Source: Fimicolochytrium jonesii
Taxonomy: Eukaryota
NCBI RefSeq assembly: GCF_025526975.1
Contig: NW_026515670.1
Location: 372,001 to 436,000, forward strand
Length of the DNA: 64,000 nt
Reading direction: 5' to 3'
This document shows, piece after piece, positions 56,694 to 64,000 of the stretch. A program made the position numbers and the translations under genes. Positions within the stretch are counted from its first letter, which is position 1. The number at the start of each line of letters is the position of its first letter. Below the pieces are notes generated by a model, which worked only from the letters and a program-made list of their open reading frames with translations, was not told the origin of the DNA and did not search any database.

Positions 56694-58181
56694 CCGAGAT
56701 ACTCTTGATCTGGATGCCTTCGCGATTCAGCAGGACCTGGTCGCCTACTACAAACGCATCCGTATTCTTGTTTCTGTCGTAGTATCTTGCCTGCCTCTTC
56801 TGGGCCTCTCGGAGTCTGTGCTGAACGATGGGGCTTACCTCGATCAGTTGCTGCATGCGCTCCTCAATGCACTTTCGATTGGCCTGTTTCAGTTGCTCTG
56901 TTGAGTCGCTGGTACCCCGTTGGTCGGGTACCTTTGGGATGTACCTGATGTCGATCTCGTACGGGGACATGCCCGTGGAGGTCTGGGGCGTCCTGTTGTA
57001 GTTGTACTCAAGGAGGAGAAGCATCTTGCGCCAGTTCGAGCTGGTGTCGTTCAGGTAGGGGATCATCATCTTCTTGATTGTCTTGATGACGTTCTCTGTC
57101 TTGCCGTCGGTCTGTTGGTGTCGTGCCGACAAGAGTTCCTTCTCTACGCCGGCGCACTTCAGGAGGTGCTTCCAAAAGGCGCCGGTCCATTTGGTGTCCC
57201 GATGGCTGATGATCATGTGGGGCATGCCCGTGATGCGGAAGGCCTGGTCGAAGAACAGCTGGGTGAGTTCCTTTGCTGTCGCCTTGGCGTGGGTCTCAAG
57301 GAGGATTACGCGGCTGGATAAGTAGTCCACCAGGATGAGGACGGCTCCGTTGTCCATGACGGACTCGTATCCCACTTCCCCCCCCTTCGAGTTTGTCTTG
57401 GGGAAGTAGATGTCCAAGCCGACGCAACACCAGCGCTTGTCGGGGACCGGAATGCTGCGTAGGAGCCCGAAGTTGGGGGCCTGGTTGTTGCGTTCGCAGT
57501 TGAGACGAGTTCGGACGTACTGGTGGACCTCGCGCTCAAGGCGGCGCCAGTAGTAGAGCCCGAGGAGTTTGGCAACGGTGCGCTGGACACCCAAGTGACC
57601 GCCGTTGGCCAGGGAGTCATGATAGAACCGGAGGAGGGGGCCCCAAAGGCCCTCGGGGACGTAGCGGCGGCCATGGTACAGAAGGAAGCCGCGGTCGTTG
57701 CGCGTGAGGCGGCGGGCAAAACCCAAGAGGGTAGAGGGGTCATCGGGGTTTGTCGCGGTGGTCTGCAGGTGGGCGAGGGTGTCCTTCATCTGACAGCTGG
57801 CGCACTTCGGGGCGTACAGCGCTGTGCGGCTGAGGATGTCGGCAATGTGATTGAACTCGCCGGGAAGGTATTCGATAGTGAAGTCGTAGTCCTGAAGGAA
57901 CTCCACCCAGCCGGCCTGGCGCCGGGAGAGATGAGGCTGATTCTGGAGGTATATGAGGGATTCGTGGTCGACGAATGCACGGAATTGGCAACCAATGAGG
58001 TAATGGCGGTTAGCGCGGATCACTTTGACCAACGCTCGGAGCTCCTGTTCGTGCACGGGGCATCGGGTTTCGGCCGGAGCCATTTTGTGTGAGTAATATG
58101 AGATGACGTGGAGGCGCGGAAGGTTATTGAGGCCCTTTTTCGTGGTGGGCAGTGGGTTTGGCATGGGAAAGTCACCGTCTG

Positions 58182-58343
58182 TGTAATGGGAACACACACA
58201 TTTTGGCTTAGTGGTTAAGACACCTGGCTCTCACCCAGGTGGCGTGGGTTCCATTCCTACCTTCCCCAAACATGTTTCTCTTCTTCCTGTGACTGTACGA
58301 CCTCTCCAGGGCCTTCCGAGCGATCAGGAAGATTCCCTTGACA
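58182..58343 (+). mobile_element. 162-bp solo LTR-D with tRNA-like cassette
   Basis: TSD GTCTG/GTCCG. Confidence 0.92.
58197..58268 (+). tRNA. tRNA-Glu(CTC)-derived pseudo-tRNA in LTR-D, copy 3
   Basis: A box 58204-58214, anticodon CTC 58230-58232, B box with one substitution. Confidence 0.72.
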
Positions 58344-60780
58344 GTCCGTGCCCTGACCGATTCACCCCCCTACGGCGAAGCCCAACGCGCCGGAGAAGAT
58401 GTAGGGAACTTATCACGGTCGAAGAACGCCAGGGCAGGGGCATCGGCGACGCGCGCCTTGATGGTGTCGAAGGCTGCTTGTTCCTCGGCGCCCCACTGCC
58501 ACGGGCGGGTGCTGGATTGAAGGTTGGTCAGTGGGAGGGCTGTGTCAACATAATGCGGAATGTATTCCTTGACAAAGTTGACTAGCCCCATGAAGGAGAG
58601 GAGCTTGAGGGCGCTGGTGGGTTCGGGTCAAGCGCGGACAGCCTTGACCTTGGATAGGGCGATAGAAAGGCCGTCCTTACCGGCCATATGCCCGTAGAAC
58701 CCGACCTCGTCCACTGCCCACTGACATTTGGACAGTTTCACGTGAAGGCGGTGAGCCGAGAGGGTCTTGAGCACTTCAGTGACATGCCCGATGTGTGAGT
58801 CCATGTTGGGACTGAAAATGAGGATGTCATCGAGGTAAGAGATGAGGTATGAATCGTACTTGTCACCCAGGAGTTTGTTCGTGAGGCGTTGGAACGTCCT
58901 GGGCGTGTTTGTCAGCCCAAAGGGTAATACGTTGTACTGGAAGTGGCCGAAGCGCGTCCGGAAGGCAGTCTTCTCACGGTCTTCCTCCCAAATGAGGATG
59001 CAGTGGTAGGCATTGCGGATGTCGATAGCGGTGAAGACCTTCATGCCGGCGAGGCGGTCCCGAAGGTTGTTGAGGTTCGGGAGGGGCGTGGCCTCCTTAT
59101 GGGTCATCTTGTTGAGGGCCCGGTAGTCGATGCAGCAGCGGAGGCCACCGTCCTTCTTGGAGGCAAACAGTACGGGTGCCCCCCAGGGGCTCTTAGAGTG
59201 GGAGATCCACCTGCGGGATGATAGGCGCTTGAGTTGCTGCCGTAGCTCGTCGAGTTCGTCGGGGGCCAAGTGGCGGAGTGGGAGCATGACAGGCTTGAAG
59301 CCGGGCCTCAGATTGATGCTGAAGTTGTCGTCGCCGCGGTCCGGCGGGAGGCCGGTTTGTTTGGTGAAGAGGGTATCTGTAAACTGTTCCAACGTGGGGC
59401 AAAGGGGGTGGTCGGCGGCGACCAACGCAAGTGGATCCTCCGGGGTGGTATCCAGAGGGGTGGCCGTTGCCTTTCGGTTCGCTAGGATCGCACTTCTCTT
59501 CGCCTTGACTGTGCAAACAAAGTCAGCCTCGGCTTCGGCGACGTCCGCAAGGGTGTTGTGTGTGGCCAGGTCCACATCCGTGTCCGTGCGTGAGACCCAT
59601 GCGGTATAGACCTCGGTGGTCTTATCCCTCTTGATTACTCGCTTGAATTGTTTGGCCGTGAGGAAGCCCTCCTCATTTAAGGCCGCGCGCTTGGGGTAGA
59701 AACGGCGGGGGTGAGGGCCCGTATGAGGTTTGAGTAACCGGGCCGCGCAAGCGCTGGGTTGCTGCCATCGGAGGGTGGTGGGTTTAGCTCGGAAAGTTAG
59801 TACGGTTGCGTTAGCCTCAAACTGAAGTGCTGGGAACCCATTGTCGCGCCATGAACGTATGAGGTCAAGGTCCAAGATGTGTAGCCCTAGGATAACATCC
59901 GCGCGGATCGGGGCCACGACAAACGGGACCCGAGGAGTCTTATGAGGTATTCGTTGCTCCGTGAAGACGGAGACGTCGGCGCAAATCATCCGCGTGGCGC
60001 CGTACGATCCGGCTTTGTCAACCCAGCGCACCTCAAGGGGCGTGGGACAGTCGTACGTGTTAAGATCATGGTGTTGGGCGAATGAGTCGCTGATGAGCAT
60101 GGTATTGCAACCGGTGTCTATGAGGATGCGGCAGAAGATGCCGCCGACACATCCATGGGCCATGAACGTGTGCTTGTCGATGACGGGCCCGGGGCGGTAT
60201 TCCAGAATGGTGTCCTGCAGTCGGGGTCTGGTAGGTCCCTCGGGTTGTCTGGCCGCTGAGGCGCTGCAGGCGGTGAGGCCCTGGGGAGAAAATCCTGACT
60301 TTCGATGGAGTACGCGGGGCTCTGTTGGAGGTTTCATACTCTCAAGTCCCCGGTTAGGGTTCCCGTAGTTTATTTCCTCACGTGACTCCCCTCCCGCTTA
60401 CGCCACGCTTCCGCGTACGGGACTTCACTCTTTTCTTCCCCTTTCCGACCTCATGTCCTCTTTTCTACACAAAACAATACATACTTCACAGTACAGCATT
60501 GCACACTACATAGAGTCCCCTCAGTCATCTGCTTCCTCTGCCGACTACTGCTAAGTGGTCATGAGCCCTGGCTTCGGCCGCAACTAGCGGACGTTCCAGG
60601 ATAAAAGAACTCACGGTCTCCAGTCACCGCACTCTTAAGGATTCAACAACCCAATCTCAGAAGGGCTACGCAGCTGCAGTGACAGCCGGCAAGCCCTCCG
60701 CTCACCACACGCGGTCCCAGGGAGGAGCTCTCCTGGGCCCACTACCTGCGGCTACTAGAGGGGGAGGAAAGAAAGTTCAC

Positions 60781-60902
60781 CAACCCCCTGTTAAGTGTTC
60801 TGAATCTATTAATCAGCGCTCTGGCATTGACTCCCGTACTAACAACCCCCTGTTAAGAGTTCTGAATCTATTAATCAGCGCTCTGGCATTGACTCACGTA
60901 CT
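60781..60902 (+). repeat. 62-bp tandem duplication in the Copia-2 leader
   Basis: CAACCCCCTGTTAAG...GACTC.CGTACT occurs twice. Confidence 0.92.
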
Positions 60903-60971
60903 CCGCTTAATCAAGGCGTAGCCCGTCATGCCGACTTACACAGTGAACCAACACCTACCCCGCCTTACAAA

Positions 60972-62629
60972 ATGCCTGGTGAATTTGTGGATGAAAAGAG
61001 GAGGAAAGAGGAGCTTCCTGCTACTATTGCAGAATGGAAAGACGTAACCACGCCATATGTGGATGCGCCTGAATCACGTGGACATACCGGAACCAACCCC
61101 TTCCTGATGGATTCCATTCAGGAAGAACCTATGCCTGTTAAGCAGGAACAGGAGATGACTCAAATAAAGGATCAAATAGCCAATCTGACTGGATTGGTTA
61201 CCTCGCTCTTGAATTCGGGCCGAGCGCCTACAGTCCCCTCCGTGAACCTGCTTGCTCAGTCGCCTGTGAACAGCACTCGTTCTCATTACTCGACTAGCCC
61301 CATCCAGGCAAATGTGCCATACATGACCTCTGTGTCGCTGGAACCCCATGCGCCTCCTCAGCGCGCTATGGCCTACTCCGTCCCATACGCTTATAAAGCC
61401 CCGGAACGGCATCCTTACTTTCAAACCCGTTCTCAAAGCCCTCCTTTCGCTGAAATTCATCACAAAAGTGCGTCTGTGAGATCAGTTACTCCTGTAACAC
61501 CCCCTTCGGCCGGCAAATCAGCTTCCAAAGTCTTCATCAACACTATGCTTAGTAAACTTGGCACCTACAATGGCGACCCCAACGTTACCAAGCTACAAGG
61601 GTTCATTTATCACATTGATGTGATTATGAAGTACCAGATGATTTCGCCTTCCAAATGCGTAGACTTCGTTGTCAACGCGCTCACGGGACCAGCTCTCCAG
61701 TGGTGGAAAAGCCTTCCTGAAAATGAGCGCTTCTCCATAATTTCATGGCACGATATTCAAGACGTCTATGGACTGCCTCCTCAGCTCGGATTACGCTCTG
61801 CGATGTTAAGGCGCTTCATTCCCCGCCCTCATCTGCTGCAAGTTCTTCACAGACTGCGCGCACTGAAGCCCAAGTCAATTAACCATCGCCCAGTTCAACC
61901 TTTTGGCTGGACAACTACCTGGGCTCCCGGAATACATACTCTGTGCCGACTTCCTTCAAGCCCTTCCTAAGAATCTTAGTACCCTGATCACTGCTCAGGC
62001 TCAGTACAACGATCACCTTAGTCCTTCTCAAGAGGCCGTGATTCGTCGGGCGCATCCGCTGCCCACGTTACTTCCACTCTACCTCAGAAGAAGAAGAACA
62101 AATCCGAGCCTGGCGGCGCTAGATGCACCCCCTCTACCCAATCCTCATCTTCTGACGCAACCAAGAAGCCTCCCCAGTGCAAATACTGCCAACGGGATGG
62201 CCACAAGTCGGAAAACTGCTTTACTTACAAAGCTCGCAAAGACATTTTGGACAAGAACGCGAAAACTAAGCAGGATGCACCCGCTGCAGCCTCCACGGCC
62301 CATGCCATGCACGTTCAAGTCCACCCAGCCAACCACGACATCCGCATCTTCAAGGCAAACGTGGATTCCGGCCGTACGGATCACATGACCCCCTATATTG
62401 AGGATCTAGATCCATCCTCTCTTCAAGACTACCAACGCCTTATTGGACTCGTGGATTCGACTACCATCACCTCTCAAAACAAGGGTACCGTACTTATCCA
62501 ACCTATGTCCGGCGGCAACGTTCTCGCTCTACGCGACGTGTTATTGGTTCCTAGTCTTGTCAAGCCGCTTATATCCGTTGCTCAATGCACTGATAACGGC
62601 GTTACCGTCTCCTTTCACCCCACCGACGT
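60972..62629 (+). pseudogene. gag: Copia-2 gag and protease, frameshifted
   Basis: LTGPALQWW, zinc knuckle, VDSGRTDHM. Confidence 0.88.
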
Positions 62630-62722
62630 TGTGATGTGGACTACCTTCCACACTGGTTGTTTAACTGATGTTCATATACAATAACTACTTTGCTGTAAGT
62701 TATTGTAGACGGACTGGGTGTT
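62630..62722 (-). mobile_element. Truncated G-family LTR at the same target (GACGT) as in the left Copia-2 copy
   Basis: TGTGATGTGGACTACC start; same flank as at 52657. Confidence 0.88.
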
Positions 62723-62731
62723 TGCCTACCC

Positions 62732-64000
62732 AATGCACAAGCACTGGTCGCTTCCATAACCCCCCAACTTCTGCATCAACGTCTTGGACACGCTGGAAAC
62801 CACATTCTCGCGGTTATGCCTAAGATAGTAGAGGATTGGCCATCAGTGGGAGCTACGCCGGACTCCGGCGCACGCTGCGATCCATGCGCTCTCGGCAAAG
62901 CTACCCGCCTTACCTTCCCTAAATCGACATCCCCGCCACACAAACCCGGTGAGCTGATACACAGCGATTTACAAGGTCCATTTTGGATCTGCGGCATCGA
63001 CGGAGAGCGCTACAGTCTCGCGTTCCTCGACGACGGCTCCGATTTCGCCCATACCTACTCCATCAAGGACAAGGAGGCATCCACTATTAGCGCAAGGTTT
63101 ATGATCTTTCATAAGTGGCTCAAGAATCAAACTGGCGTCTCCCTCAAGATCCTACGTACGGATAGGGGAGGAGAATACACTGGCGAGCTCACGTCGTACC
63201 TGCACAACAATGGGACTACCCATGAGTCCACTGTCGCGTATTCTAGTCAACAAAACAGGAAAGCAGAGCGCCTCAATTGGACGTTGCTGGACCGCATACG
63301 CGCCATCTTCGCGGACACTCACCTTCCCCGCAAGCTCTGGCCGTACATTCTGGAGGCTGCCTCTTACCTGCACAACCTCTACCCGCATTCAGTTGCATCC
63401 CCGGACGCCAAATCGCGCTCCGAATTCCTTACCGGTCGCCGCCCAAGCATCGCGCATCTGCACAAGCTCGGATGTCTCACGTACACTGTCGTTCCACCCA
63501 AGGGCCGGGACAAGATGGCAAATCGTGCTACCAAGACATACCTAGTGGGCTATGCTCACCAACAAGGCACCAAAGGGTATTATGTATGGGATCCAGTACG
63601 CGACACTGTCGCCGTCTCACGTGACGTTCGTTTCAACAAATCTACTGGGCTCCCTGAGCACCTTTGTCAAGATCCTGCTCTCCTAGATCTTCTAGAAGAT
63701 GCTCAAACCTCGCAAGAGGAGTTCCCTATCAAACACATCCTTTCTGAACGTCAGCGCCGCGGCAAGAACGTCCAAAAGGAATACCTTGTCAAGTGGGTTG
63801 GTTTTACTACCCCTACCTGGCAAAGATCCGCAGAAACCGCGCGCAGACTGGGTATACCTGCTGCGCAAGGGAACCAACTCACAATCAGCAATGTTACCTA
63901 TATCGACGGTTTACTTGAACAATTTGGACAACAAAACGCTACCCCGGTCTCCACGCCGTGCGCCGACTCTGCGCGTACCCAACCAGCCTCCGCAAGCCCC
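62732..64000 (+). CDS. pol: Copia-2 integrase with in-frame chromodomain, followed by RT remnants (open to the window end, so absent from the ORF track)
   Basis: Hand translation: LLHQRLGH..CDPC, HSDLQGP, LRTDRGGEY, QQNRKAER, GYYVWDP..SRDVRF, EEFPIKHILSER..EYLVKWVGFTTPTW. Confidence 0.85.

Larger units (their letters stand above)
54202..60322 (-). mobile_element. Gypsy element I: pol, chromodomain, long 3' region and probable 3' LTR-D
   Basis: LIDTGC, LRCCIDYRALN, YLDD, GHLG..C, QTDGKTE, WIGPITV, HRVEDILDSKW. Confidence 0.88.
55794..60322 (-). pseudogene. pol: I pol (PR-RT-RH-IN-chromodomain), split by two solo LTRs
   Basis: ORFs 58628-60337, 58370-58591, 56686-58197 and 55794-56138. Confidence 0.92.
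60323..64000 (+). mobile_element. Copia-2 right copy: 5' LTR 60323-60556, PBS, gag, PR, IN plus chromodomain, deleted RT; runs off the window
   Basis: 234-bp LTR matching 48772-49005; half-tRNA PBS GGTCATGAGCCCTG 60557-60570; 61230-63045 mirrors 54099-51880. Confidence 0.92.

Noticed and set aside
1..64000. Host protein-coding or rRNA genes; env-like ORFs
   Set aside because: Nearly every segment is assignable to retroelement parts; no signal-peptide plus transmembrane ORF or conserved cellular gene was recognised.

Overview
The whole 64 kb is a gene-free nest of eukaryotic LTR retrotransposons. The host is probably a fungus, judged from the initiator-tRNA primer sites, and the region looks heterochromatic or pericentromeric. 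Exact 5-bp TSDs resolve a four-level nest on the left: Gypsy H contains A (3152-23306), which contains B (7880-20384), which contains intact C (9533-15407). The rest holds further Gypsy elements (G, I), two Copia families, many solo LTRs and three successive inverted duplications. The most unusual items are: (1) a chromodomain Ty3/Gypsy element whose Pol begins with a DIRS/phage-Dam-like N6-adenine methyltransferase domain (NPPW reconstructable from two copies); (2) a 162-bp LTR built around a tRNA-Glu(CTC)-derived Pol III cassette, in 3 copies; (3) a Ty1/Copia element with a chromodomain in frame after its integrase, TG...GT termini and an antisense extra ORF; (4) a decayed antisense multi-RING-like ORF in a Gypsy 3' region. 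Element letters are my own labels. All domain calls are by-eye motif recognition; no searches were run.
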